From contig CP158635.1 in assembly GCA_050273025.1 (NCBI GenBank), positions 24,366,001 through 24,430,000 of the forward strand: a stretch of 64,000 bases of DNA, given 5' to 3'. The position numbers and the translations under genes were made by a program. The stretch's first letter is position 1; each line of letters starts with the position of its first letter. Below are positions 1 through 12,359 of this stretch, piece after piece. The stretch is from Cenococcum geophilum (lineage: Eukaryota). Under the pieces are notes generated by a model. It was not told the DNA's origin. It made no database searches and saw only the letters and a list, made by a program, of their open reading frames with translations.

Positions 1-960
1 GGAAGATAGGTATCTAAATAGGGCCTATAGAGTCTATATATCTACCTTTAGGCAAGCCCGCACCGTCTATTATAATATCTACTATATCCACGCCACTTAC
101 TTAGCCGTTTATAATATCCTTACTACCTGCTTAGCCGCCGTTTATAATATCTATACCGTCCACTTAGCCGTCTATAATATCCACACCGTCTACTTAGCTG
201 TCTATAATATCCGCACCGCCTACTTAGCTGTTTACTATATCCGCATTACCCTTACTAATATAGGTATAAGCTAATACTTAACTATCTCTCCTATTTATCC
301 TTAATCTATAGGCGCCGCTAAGAAAATATAAAATGCTTTAAGGTAGTAATTTAGTCTTCTAGCTCTAGACTAAGTAGACTTTAGGGCTAGCAGGTAGGCC
401 GTTAATTAAAGCTTTTAATTACTACTAGGGGGCACAACTAGCGGGTTAACGGCGAGGCTATATTCTATAGCCGTCGCTATAGGATAATTAAGGATATAAG
501 ATAGCGTGTAGAAGATAGTATAGCAAGAGATAAGAGATAGGCTATTAACTAGCTGGAACAGCTATAAGATTAGCGTTCTTTAGATTGGCTTTATAAGAAT
601 ATCTAAATAGTTATTTTACTATAGTAACTAAGACGCCTTAATATATAACTGTACTACGGTAACTAAGACGCCTCTATATACGATTACACTGCAGTAACCA
701 AGACGCCTTAATATATAACTGCACTGCAGTAACCAAGACGTCTTAATATAGGACTATACTAGTAACCGAGACATCTTAATATAGGACTACACTGCAGTAA
801 CTAAGACGCCTTAATGTATAACTGCACTATAGTGACCGAAACGCCTTAATATAGGACTGCACTGTATTAACCAAGACGCCTTAATATAGGACTATACTAT
901 AGTGACCGAGACGTCTTAATATAGGACTGTACTATAGTAACTAAGACGCCTTAATGTAGG
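1..960. repeat. RIP-degenerated AT-rich region with two minisatellite arrays (~30-bp unit at ~60-250; ~35-bp unit at ~620-960)
   Basis: ATAATATC recurs at 144/174/204; AGACGCCTTAAT-like motif recurs about every 35 bp from 631 to 944 (~10 copies); TpA-rich. Confidence 0.85.
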
Positions 961-974
961 AATAGAGCCCGTTT

Positions 975-1936
975 CAGTGTAAGAGATGGATGGATTGGAT
1001 CTAGATCCAAATCCAAATCCATCAAATCCATCGGATCTGGATCAAGATCCAAACTTGATCCATTCTTAGGGCACGTTCAATAACTTTTTGGATACTGCTA
1101 GCCATACACCCCCTAAATAATACGCGTACACCCCCCAATTAATACGCATATACCCCCTACCTCATTTAGTTTAGAAGCTTCCTTATTAAGTTAGAATATC
1201 ACGTATGTTTGACTTGTTTGCACCTATATCGCGAAAATCAAAAGTGCAAGTATAGCCAGTATGTTACTTAAATGCTGAGGGCTCTCTACAAATAGATCTA
1301 TTAACGTAATTGGTAATTATAGAGCTAGTTATAGAGTTAATTAGCTAACTGCCGCAATGCTTTATAATTATAGGCTCTTGGATGTAAAGCAAAGGTGTTA
1401 ATTTAGGTCCCACTGGGCGCAGGCGCAGGCGCGGGCGTGGGCGCGGGCGTGGGCGCGGGCAGCAGAGGTAGCAGCACCCAAATTAGTTTGCGCAACGCCT
1501 TATAAAGCACTACACAATCTAATTAATTAATTTAGGCGCGATCTAAATTAAGACTCTACTACTTATAATATAACTAAAATCAAGACTTAATCGTGATGTT
1601 GCAGTTATAAAACTTGCATAGCGCGCACTTTGATTTTCGCGATGCAAGCACAAACAAGTTAAACGCACGTGATATTCTAACTTAATAAGGATGCATCTAA
1701 CTTAATAAAGAAGCGTCTAAACTAAATAAGGTAGGGGGTGTATGCGTATTAATTGGAGGGTATACGCGTGTTATTTAGGGGGTATATGGCTAGTATTATC
1801 CAAAAAGGTATCGAATGTGCCCTAAGAATGGATAAAGTTTGGATCTAGATCCATATCCACGCCACCAATGGATTAGGCGTGGATTAGTGGATTAATGGAT
1901 CCCGATCCAATCTCGATCCATCCATCTCTTACACTG
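975..1936. mobile_element. Non-autonomous hAT-like TIR element (MITE)
   Basis: TIR CAGTGTAAGAGATGGATGGA at 975 and its reverse complement ending at 1936; perfect 8-bp TSD GCCCGTTT at 967-974 and 1937-1944. Confidence 0.9.
1069..1822. mobile_element. Inner long-TIR (GGGCAC...GTGCCC) element, same family as 40004-40611
   Basis: Long imperfect inverted arms; shares GTTAGAATATCACGT.TGTTTGACTTGTTT and a central (GCGCGG)n tract with the 40004 element. Confidence 0.75.
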
Positions 1937-2528
1937 GCCCGTTTAGGTGTTATAAATTTAGAGTAACATTACGCGACCGTCCAGAAGTACCGATCTAACA
2001 TAAATTATGTACCTTTTCGCCCAAAATCGCGTGCGAAAGTACTCGGGGGCTGTCGCTGCGCGACCTCGTGCGGGGTTCGGGAGCGTTATCAGCAGGGGTG
2101 GCCCTAATCTCGTATTAACCCGGGTCGTAACCACGCCAAATCAGCCCCCCCGATATGTGATAGTTATGTTAAGCATACTTGGCTTCCTTAAGGTTCTAGT
2201 GGGTAAGAATAACCTATAAATATACAGAGGCGCGGATATTAAGTGAACAATAGTAACTGCAGTGCCGGCTGGAGCAGTAGGCTTAGAAAGTGAACCCACC
2301 AAGATCCTTTCAGCTCTCCATGCAAAGCTAGGCGAGCCCAACTCCGATGGCGATTGAGCCCCTCGGGAAGATTGCAGTGATCAGTGGAGGACTCTGGCGC
2401 CAGCTTGAGCGAGACACAATCGCGCCGTTGGAAACATGCACACATAGAAACAGAGAGAACTCCATGTCAATTGATAAGCTACCTTCACCGTCAGATTGGC
2501 TAACGATAGCTTCCCGTCATGCTCAGCA

Positions 2529-3856
2529 TCAGACGAGAACACCAACAGCAACCCAAGCATTGCGGACAATGATTGATGCACTAATGCCGAACAAGTTGTT
2601 GGCCTGATCAACTGTCACATCTGCCCACTCTTTGAAAGTGGCAATTGGCTTGATGCGGCTGTCGGTCAAAGTGGCATACCAGATCTTTCCGGCCTTCTCC
2701 CACGCAAAGCCACCGAAGCCAATGGCAGCCAGGTAGAATGCCCGATTGGGAATGCCCGAGGTATAATGGACATCCAGGTTGTCGTTATACTGACTGAAAT
2801 GGGAAATCTGGCGGTCCCGGCCGCGGATAGGATCATTGAATGCAGTTCCCGGGTTGGCGATGTCTCGGAGAGCCGGGCCCTTGATGGCAACTGGGAACAG
2901 ATTCTGGCCAGTGAGCCAATCGGCGTCAGCCGCAGTCTGGTTGAAGTGCCATTGCTCAACCAACGCGGCAAAGACATCGGAGATGGACTCGTTCAGGCCT
3001 CCGTACTGTTTGGAGTATTTGAGCCCAGCCGTATATTGAGTGATGGCGTGGGTCAGTTCGTGCGCCACAACATCAAGTGAATCGGTAAAATAGTCGAAGA
3101 TAATGCCATCACCATCGCCAAAAGCAAACTGGGTGCCGTCGAAGAAGGCGTTGTTGTAGCCAAGTGGGTTCCCGGGTTCGTTGTCAAAGTGGACAGTAGC
3201 AACAGCATTGCTGCCCTTGCCGTCGAGGGAGTTGCGGCCAAACACGGTATGGAAGAACTTGAGCGTGATGCCAATACCGTCATAGACATTGTTGACCTGT
3301 CTGTCGGTAGTCCGCCTAGCACCTTCCGCGCGAGCAAGAGTGCCAGGAAGATTGCCGGTACCCTTCGCATCGTAAACAAGGCGCTTCAACTGGAGAGGAG
3401 CAGCCGAAGGATCATGGGGCTCGTCCGTCGCCGCAGGACCAACAAGAGCAGCTCTCTGTTCGCGTATCTTAGCATCTGTCCTCAATGTTGCCCTTGCACT
3501 TTCTCGAGCCTCGTCACCTGCCGCTTCGCTCTGGGTAACATGCTCGAGAACATAGGGCGGGACAAAGCCTGAGCTCACAATGGGTGCCTGGGCTACCGAG
3601 ACTCCAGGTTCGTCGGCAGCGCTAGCTGCTTGAGCGGCCTCTAGGGCTTGCACACGCTGCTCACGAAGGTTCTGGTCGACGGAGAGGGTGCGTAGAGCAG
3701 CCTGCCGGGCTTCCTCCGGAGCAGCGGTGGACTCGGCGATGTGCTTGAGGATATAGGCGGGGATAAAGTGGCAAGTCTGCAGTAAGAGGTCAGCATGGTG
3801 ATTGACAACAAGGCATTTAGGGGTCTTACAGCCCCAGACTCGTGTTTGTCGCACAT
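2529..3856 (-). CDS. Thermolysin-family (M4) zinc metalloprotease, protealysin-like, no signal peptide
   Basis: NAFFDG, HELTH, GGLNES and DVHYTSGIPN motifs; exon 1 3856-3830 (MCDKHESGA), GT-AG intron 3829-3777 with GCTGAC branch point; TATA-like element near 4000. Confidence 0.93.
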
Positions 3857-4393
3857 GATGGTTGATACGGACGTACTTTGTGACAAAAGGGGTACAACAG
3901 GTTAGTACTTGTAAGCAGGTCGTTACAGATCTTGATCAAACTTTGGTGAATCCAAAACCAAGAATTTACACCTGATTCTCACCATCTAGACCACATTTAT
4001 ATACCTCGACTATGGACCACCGGTCAAAAGTGGCCCCCAAGAAGGCCGACAACGCCTTGCACACCTCCAATATACCGCGTATTAACCCAGACCAAAAGCA
4101 AGGGTTCCGTTGGCTCGCCAAAAGCTGAGGCCATCATCACGATAATCTGTCGTCTCTTTACCCAATTATTGTGTCATAAGAAAGATATTGGATCGTTGAG
4201 GAGCATGTCGCTCAGCTGGGCGGAAGATTCTGCACACTTGGCAGCCGCCTAGCTAAGCTTACCAAGCCAATAGACAGAAACCGCCAAGTCCTCAGACGAT
4301 TCTTTTGCTTGGGAAGAGTCCAATACGTTCACAGGGCTGGGTTCCCAGACTCGAAGGCTGTGCTAATATTCTCACCGGTCGGCTGTTGTCTGC

Positions 4394-7377
4394 TGTTAGC
4401 CAGGCAGGTATCACAACAAATAACTTAAGCTGGCTGGTAGGTAGAGACACAAAATTAAACAATTGATCTATTTTATTTAAGGTGGCTCTAAGAGCCCTAA
4501 TATACATAAGAGAATTGACCCCCTATAGGGGTCCCTAGAGGGTGGTATAACAAGACGAAATTAGGCTGATACTGATGTCTGACAGCCGTCGTCGCACCTC
4601 TACAGTAAAGCTACCTCCGCGGCCAATACACCCCCTCAGGTCTAACGTAGAGCGTCAGAGCTGGATTACCGGATTAGGCAGTCGGGATAGACGAGCTGGT
4701 GGTAAGCTTTAATATGGCTAAGTATCTCCCTCCATAATTTTGGTAGTGGAAAGTGGTCTCAATGTCCATACGTCCTCATAGCAGCTGTATAAAATGCGTA
4801 AGCCAATAGTATCGTATCTAGATCAATAAGGTCATTATCACCCTTATCACCCTTGACCGCAAAGGGTCGTCGTCGTAGATCCTAATTAGGCATATCTTTC
4901 TTCTTTACCATAGGCCGCTTTTCACGGCCAGAACGTCTCTCACCCCCTAACAATAAGCCTGCTATCGTCTAAGATTCGGAACGAGGTGTAGGATCTACAA
5001 ACAGTGGTTCAGTAACTTCAGAAGATAACTAAGTGGTAGATGGTGTCTGTAACGCAGGAGATACCACAGTAGATAGCATTTACTGAGGCGCCGAAGATGT
5101 AGATAGTATCAACGACGTCAGTGGAGTCGTTAACGCCTATATAGGTATAGATAGTCCTAAAGTCGGATCCGTAGAAGGCAGCTAACAGAGTTCTTCTATT
5201 AAGATCTAAATGCTTTTTAACGTAGGCGTAACGTCAATATTTACTAAATGCGGTAGTCCTACATCCAGTTCTTCATTAAAGTTCTCCATCCAGTTTTTAC
5301 TTTTTCGAAGATTATCCAGTAGATTCTGGACTTGTTAAAGGTAATTTATCTTAGTCTGCGAGATAAAATATTCTGGTGTTTTAGGAGTAGGTGGTAAGGT
5401 AGCAATAGCATTAATAAGGTAGAGACCTCTGTATTTTGTAAGGTTACCAAATAGGCTTCCGTCATCTTTATAGCGCAGATTATTCGTAAATTAGTTAATA
5501 ATTACTCTAACCCTGCGGAGCTTTGCTACGGATATTAGATTGGTATAAAAATAGGGAGCGTACGCTATATTCCGTAATATCAGATACCGAGTTAGGCGTT
5601 ATTTTCCCACCTCAATTGCCAAGTTGATATTACCGTATCCATAAATTTCTGCCCCAGAATCTCCAGCTATTGCTATAGATATGTATAGCTTAAGGTCACG
5701 GAAGTATCTAATATTGTTGCAGAAGTGAGTGTCTACTATAGTGTTATACCCCCAGGCATTAATTAACGACAGATCCAAATGTTCCTACAATAATAATAAT
5801 AAGTAGGATGTTGTTACAGCCGCCGCTGTAGCTCGAGGTCGGTCCAGATCCTTGATCTTTTTGGCAGTAGACAAAGCTAACGGAGACGTCCTTAACCTAG
5901 GACCTTCCTTCTTAATCTGCTTGAGCCTCCTATCATAATACTACTTATTTGTTGGGACCTTAAGCCATTCCTAACACCTCTATAAACACTTATTATTTAG
6001 TATAAAGTTAGAACCTCAAAGAGACTAAAACAGTTGCTTGCAGTTCTTTAACTTATAGGGTAAACTATAAGCAGAACACTTTATCTTAGGCGATTAAGAG
6101 GGTACTAGGGTGGTAGACGTCGTAGGATCTACAGATAGCTGTCCTAAAAGTATAGCATAGGCGTTACATCCCGCATTCGGATGCTTATAGAGGAGGTTAA
6201 ATTCCTTAATCATTGTCGCCATTTTGAGCTTTTCTAACCTCTTTGCTACCTTTTAAATAAAGGTATAATATAGAGCTGGATAGATCTCCTTATAGTCCTA
6301 AACAAAGGCTTATATAACGCTGCCTTCTATTACCTCTATTAACCCTTCCTCTAGCTCTTCGCCGTTTTATATAATAGTGATATAAAGCTAAAGCTATAAT
6401 TCTAGAGTCTAGCGTTTAGGCCCTTATTTCCGTTTCTTTAGATCATCTAGTACCATTTACTATAGCGTAGCTTAAGATAGCTTTGCTACCTTCTTTAGCT
6501 ATCTTAGAATTAAATATGGTATAGTAAGGTTTTTAAGATACCCTGAGAAGTTAGTGCCCACGGTAGTATATAAGAGTGCTGTAAACGTGTGGAGCTTCTC
6601 TTCCCACTTTAGGTAGTCCTGTCATTAGAGCTTGTAGAGCTTAAAGAGCATTCTCTATATCTCTAGAGATTGCTAAGTTTGTTATTCTTAACTTAATAAC
6701 CCAGGTATAACTATTCCAGTAGATAATGGAGTTACTGCTAGAGCTGCAGGAGCCGCTGCTGGTGCTACAGGATCTGCAGGTACTGCTACAGGTGCTGCTA
6801 TAGGTGCTATAGGAGCTGCTGCTATCAAAGGTATAGCTAGCTTATTATTTTCTTTAATTTCGTTCTCCGTCTTATCTAGGTTAACATAGTCCCAGATCTT
6901 TACAAAACTTACTTCTTAGCGGATAAATTAAAACCATAAAGGCCAGTCCTTCTAGGTCAGCAAAAGAGGGTTTATAGAGTCCTTGGTTGCCATATTAGCT
7001 TTTATTTTAAGGTTGCGTAAAAAGACGCGCTTACGCATAAAGTACGCGATATTTCGTGACGAACTATGCTCAAAGAGGCTTAGTGGTAGTCATCTGGCCA
7101 CTGAGATCTCCCTAGTGCTCAGAAGGTTACCGGGCTCATAACTGTTAGCCAAGCAGGTATCACGACAAATAACTTAAGCTGGCTGGTAGGTAGAGACACA
7201 GAATTGAACGATTGATCTGTTTTATTTAAGGTGGCTCTAAGAGCCCTAATATACATAAGAGAATTGACCCCCTACAGGGGTCCCTAGAGGGTGGTGTAAC
7301 AAGACGAAATTAGGCTGATACTGATGTCTGACAGCCGTCGTCGCACCTCTGCAGTAAAGCTACCTCCGCGGCCAACA
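4394..7377 (-). mobile_element. Ty1/Copia LTR retrotransposon, internally deleted and RIP-mutated
   Basis: Two 235-bp LTRs (4394-4628, 7143-7377); 5-bp TSD TCTGC; Copia-type PBS GTTATGAGCCC next to 7143 and purine tract TGAGGGGGTG next to 4628 on the minus strand; stop-riddled gag/protease-like interior. Confidence 0.93.
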
Positions 7378-8099
7378 TCTGCGTCGTCAACGCTCAATAA
7401 GGGAGTGGAGATAGAGTTGACTCCCCTGCATGCGTAAGCTCCTACGCAGCTAGAGCTTCGCCTGCACTGTGATCACATCCCTTTTTGCGGCAGAAGCAAT
7501 GGTCTACGGAATAGCCGAACGGGACCCTCCGTTACGGAGGCCACTAATTAGTGTATAAAACTTCAGCTCTGTAGACCTGCAGCCTTCAGCTCCAATGCAA
7601 GAACTCGGAGGCAAGCTCTAGTGCCAAGTATAGAGCCGAGCCTGGCTTAGATCTAGACCGGGTGCGGCGCAATCGAGCAGTAAGCCTCGCAGTGATATCA
7701 TACTACTCCCTTGCAGTAGAGGTTCATCGTATGTGAGAGTCAACAACAACAGCGGCTATGATCTCTCCTTAACAATGGCGCTAGTTGAGCTAAAACAGAA
7801 TACAGAGTGGAAAACCGTCAGCCAGACGATTGAACCTTCGAACTGCAGCCCTTGAGCTTGAACCGTTCAGGTCAACGCAGCCTCAGCTGAGCATTCAGGG
7901 CTGCCGTGATGGACGCAGCAATGCAGCCAAGCTTCAACTACCAGTATCCGAAGCGGAAAACTGCTCACGAGGACTGTGCTGAAAGCTGGACCAAGTTACC
8001 AACCAGAACTTTGGTTATGTGGATCGCCCATCCCGTGGCTGAAGCACGAGGTTAGGTGAGTGGTTGCGTGGATTAAGAGAAAGGGTACAGTTGTGCTAG

Positions 8100-8600
8100 A
8101 AGCAAGAAAGCACCTAGGAATAGTGGTCGAATGCCGTGATAGGATCCGTAAACAAGGCAGATAAGAATCCAGACTGTCGGTGCGGCTAATATTCCGAATC
8201 TCTTTCTTTGCGTACCGCTTGGTCTGGAAGCTTTCATCATCTCGTTTTTGACACTGCTCATGGTCCACGCCATAAGGACGATATTCATCCCCAGCGCTAT
8301 CAAGCAAATCTTCGCCGCCGCCCATATCGCCGCCGAATAAGGGATTAATAAGGAGCAAGGAGCTCCTGAAGCGTTCAACCGCGAGTGAACCACTTGCTTT
8401 CTCGAAAAGCTTGTTCCCAAGTGTCCTGCGGGCTCTTCCCCCTTTTCCTCTTCATTGTCGAGACATCGAACAGGTAAACGTAGCACTTTTCAGCGCCCTG
8501 GTACCAGCGAAACATGGAGTTGAGTGACTCCGAAAGCTCGGAATCACTCGACTTCTTGACGCAACAGCTGTCCACCCAGTCTAGAAAGGACCGGAACAAG
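8100..8600 (-). pseudogene. HET-domain (HET-E-type N-terminus) gene remnant
   Basis: WVDSCC..K.S..ELSESLNSMFRWY..AEKCYVYL.DV and SKWFTRG*TLQELLAP (conserved W replaced by TGA); decays downstream. Confidence 0.88.
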
Positions 8601-9351
8601 TGAATCGATTGCAGCTTAATTGCTGTCCTACAGACTTTCTCTAAGTGTTTAGTTACTTATTGGAATAGTTAAGGTGTGGTTACCCCGCGATATGGGAAGA
8701 TTTGAAGCTGGCGTCTAGTTCAAAGCTTTCGGAGTGAAACGCTTGGCTGTCAGGTGCTGCAAGCTGGCCGCTTGAGTGTTGATTGGTCCATGTTTGTTTC
8801 GCCACATAGGGCATTTCTCCCCGCACCAAAAGAGGTTAGACTGGGTTATGTGTAAAAAAAACCTATTGACATCCATACTTTACGGTTTTGATGTTACATA
8901 TCAAAACAGTCAGCCCTTACATGTCTGCGCCTTACCCAGATGGGTTATTGTTGTGTCCGGAAGTACCGACCTGCATGGCGAATTTTCCTCCTACACCACG
9001 TACATTATTGACCGTGGTTCAAAAGCATAATAGTGAGAATCGCGCGGTTGAATTAGCCCTTCTATGGTTTAAATGAGTGAAAAAATAATGATGGCTATGC
9101 TGTAGTACTGAAACATTGTTGTGGCATAAAAGTACAGTCTGCGGAACTCAGGCAACAAGAAGGCCATACTTGTGTAATTTTTGAGTGCAAAGTATCTGAA
9201 ATAGAAAGGACTGGCTACAGAGCACAATGATGGTAGCACTATAGATATATTAACTTGTGCGCAGGTTCTGAGTTGCTCCAAAGCCAAAGTACCTCCTATT
9301 TGTTTCGGAACACAGGTGTCTTGTTACACTGGGGGGAGGCTAACTCCACAG

Positions 9352-9601
9352 GACAATGACCGTTCGGGCGACGATGATGACCGTTCGAGCGGCAATAATG
9401 AACGTCCGGGTAACGATGATGACGAGCGCTCGATCTACAAAATATAGTCGTTGGTCACGAGAGGACGACGACAACCTACTTAAGTGGATAAAAGATGGTA
9501 AGCAATGGGATTGGATCTGTCGCCAGTTTCCGAACAGAACTCCGGGGGCTGTGCGGCTGCGCTGGTACACAAAGTTGCGACCGAAAGCAAAGCCAAATTG
9601 A
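9352..9601 (+). pseudogene. Myb/SANT-domain terminal exon, probably frameshifted
   Basis: RWSREDDDNLL...W..I...FPNRT..AVRLRW Myb signature; CTAAC..CAG acceptor near 9351; the acidic DNDRSGDDDD repeat lies in a different frame from the Myb domain. Confidence 0.65.
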
Positions 9602-10672
9602 TAGGTCCAACTTGGAACGTGTATAAAGAAACAAGCGCCCTGAGCAGGAGAGCGACCTCTTGTCTAAATTGCCCTGGCCAAGGACCGGGCGCCTAAGGCA
9701 TGTGTGCAGGAGGGTGCGCTAATTATTGCGGACAAGCTGATCGGTGTAACGTAGGTGATAGGGTTATGACGGTCTGCATACAAGGGGGTACAGTCAAATC
9801 TCCTTAATACGATATGGGGTATATAACGATAACCTCTACATTACGATCTACACCCCTTAATCAAGCCTTTTTTGGTGTAATATTACGATAATCTGACCTT
9901 TGACGATATTATTAAGCACCTACCACTAATATTGGTATAAGCAGATTTTAATTTGCTAGATTTGACCTTTGCTTACCGCAAGTTTAGCCATTAAATCTAT
10001 TATATAACGATTAAAATCCATTAAAATTACCCTTAGATCTTACTCTCTATACTTAATTCTATCTTATTTATTATAGTAAGATATTAAAATTCTATAAGGC
10101 AACGCTGTTACGGCTTTACTAATTACGAGCGTTAGAAAATACGCGCCTACTACTAAAAATACCCCGGTTTACTATAATTAGAGATTGCTTACTAGGTAAG
10201 CAACTTTCTCCATTATAATATTAATTAATCCTTAATATTAAAAATACTAAGCAATAAATTTAAACAGCTTAATTAAGCTAAATTATAACGTGGGTAAAGT
10301 ATATAAGAGCGAAAGAGAGCTACCGAATATCCTCTTTTAGAGGAGGCTCTCTTTAAGTGGCACTAACGCCTATAAAACTCTCGTATTTCTATTACCGGCG
10401 ACCTTATACGTGCTGCTGCCACTTAATTATAGCAACGAATACCCGTACTGGCGATAACAATTAAGCCAAAGTGGTTACTTAGCTGGTTGGAGGCTTTAAA
10501 TCTTACAATAGTATTCGTAAGAGGAAGTAGTATAGTAAGGCTGCCTTAGCTAATATAAAAGGAGTAGAAGATCGTATAGTAGAGCTTTAAGTAATTGTCG
10601 AGCTTTATCCGCTAAGGGATGTTTACAATATGGATAAAACAGGGCTATTTTGGAAGGCTATACTAGATACTA

Positions 10673-10865
10673 TATCTAAACGAGTTCGAACGGGAATTTA
10701 TGGACGCAATCACGTGAGCTAAGCGAGCTCAGGAAACCCCTTAAATTCTACCTCTTTATGTACAATTAGAAGAACAAGTCACCATCATCCAAAAGAGCAT
10801 ACGATACTACACGTATTTCGTGCCCCTGGATCTGACTCACTCGTGCCATTAAATTGGTACGAACA
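10673..10865. mobile_element. Probable solo LTR nested in the transposase gene
   Basis: 193-bp insert flanked by 5-bp direct repeat TACTA; ends TA(TG before RIP)...ACA; interrupts the transposase just after GLFWK. Confidence 0.65.
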
Positions 10866-12017
10866 TACTATATTGGCTATTAAGGCTCTATTAGGAACAA
10901 AGAAGTAGAAGGTATAAATTTCTCTAAGTAATTACTCTAATACAGATGGCTTAGATAAGCTTCCTCTCCTTATAATTGGCTTATCACTAAAGCTATATTA
11001 CTTCTCGCGTAATCGCATTAATATAGCCTTAATAAATATTATATGGAGGCATAATAAGAAGGCCTAGATAATAACGGTAATTATGCTTAAGTGGCTTACC
11101 TAGTTTAATAAAAGGATGTATGGCAGAAAGATACTGCTCTTAATCGACGGCTTTAGCGCCCATAAAGCAGCTGTTTAAATACTTATTAAGAATGGCTCTC
11201 TTAAGAATACGTACGTGGAGTTCCTTCCTCCTAATTACACCTTAGTATATTAGCCTCTTAATTAAGGGATAATTATAAACTTTAAGCTGCTCTATCGGCG
11301 ATACTAGCTATAATTTATAGTGAAGCTCTCGCTTTAAGATAAGAATCTAATTAAGCAGATGCATGTCTTATAGGCAATTTAATAGTTAGTTAAAGCTTAG
11401 AAGGAAGTTATACCACAGATAATTAAGAATTGCTTTATTAAATCTACGTTATTTGGCTCTTGTATAGGCCCACGGCCTTGCCCTTAAGACTATCTAGATT
11501 CTCCTGTGGTTAATAAGATGCAGTAAATGGCTGAACAGCTACTCGCAGCAGGAAGGATTCACGCTGTAATAAATATTTAGGAATTTATTAAGCTACTAGG
11601 TGAGGAAGTAGAAGATTCCTTAGAGGATCTTATTAAGTATATAGTAGAGCTCTACGCAGGGCCTAATCGCGATGCGGAAACGGATGAGGAAGCTATTAAG
11701 CAACCTTAAATTAAGCTTAATAAGGCGCTTATAGCCTTATAAAAGCTTCGTCTTTATAAGGAGCAGTAAAGCGATTCTAATAGAGACGTAATTACGACTC
11801 TATTAAGGCACGAGCGTTGAATTTAAGGCCGACGACCTTAAAACACTAAGCAGCAATCGATCGCGATGTATTTTAGTGTAGCCGATCGCTCAATTACGAG
11901 TTCACGCGTATAGATATATAATATTATTACCTAATTTTGATTTTGGGTGCATTTTATATACAAGTATGTAATACAACGATACCCTTAGTATTACGATACG
12001 CTCGGCCGAATAAACTA

Positions 12018-12206
12018 CTACGGTATCAGGCATAAGTTTCGTTAGTACGAAAATTAGCGTGAAATATTAGCCAGGATTCTTACTAGGATTTTCTACCAAT
12101 CAGTCCTATAAGATCTTTCAGCGCTCTTACTAACTATTTATTATAAAGTTACCACTGCAAGCCAAGAACGCCACCATACTAACGAAACTTATGCCTGATA
12201 CCGTAG
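12018..12206. mobile_element. MITE nested in the right sub-terminus of the pogo element
   Basis: TIR CTACGGTATCAGGCATAAGTTTCGTTAGTA and its exact reverse complement; TA flanks. Confidence 0.9.
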
Positions 12207-12359
12207 TATATCGTATTAAAGAGATTTGACTGTAACGTCAATGCCTCAGACGCCCCCCTGCTAGTACCGGTCAAGAAATAAGCACTACCGCCTTCCTAAT
12301 TAGGCTTACTGCAAGAATAGTTTGGAACATTAAAATACTTGCCCCTTCAATAAGTGTTA

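Larger units (their letters stand above)
9791..12232 (+). mobile_element. pogo/Tigger (CENP-B-like, DDE_1) DNA transposon, RIP-inactivated
   Basis: TIR CAGTCAAATCTC.TTAATACGATA at both ends, TA TSDs; VYNMDKTGLFWK motif at ~10621 and LLLIDGFSAH motif at ~11133; many TAA/TAG stops. Confidence 0.93.

Noticed and set aside
620..960. 35-bp periodic repeat resembling a CRISPR array
   Set aside because: Units are contiguous with no unique spacers, there are no cas genes, and the context is eukaryotic
2239..2528. Possible emfourin-like inhibitor gene downstream of the M4 protease
   Set aside because: The short ORFs there show no recognisable similarity or plausible gene structure
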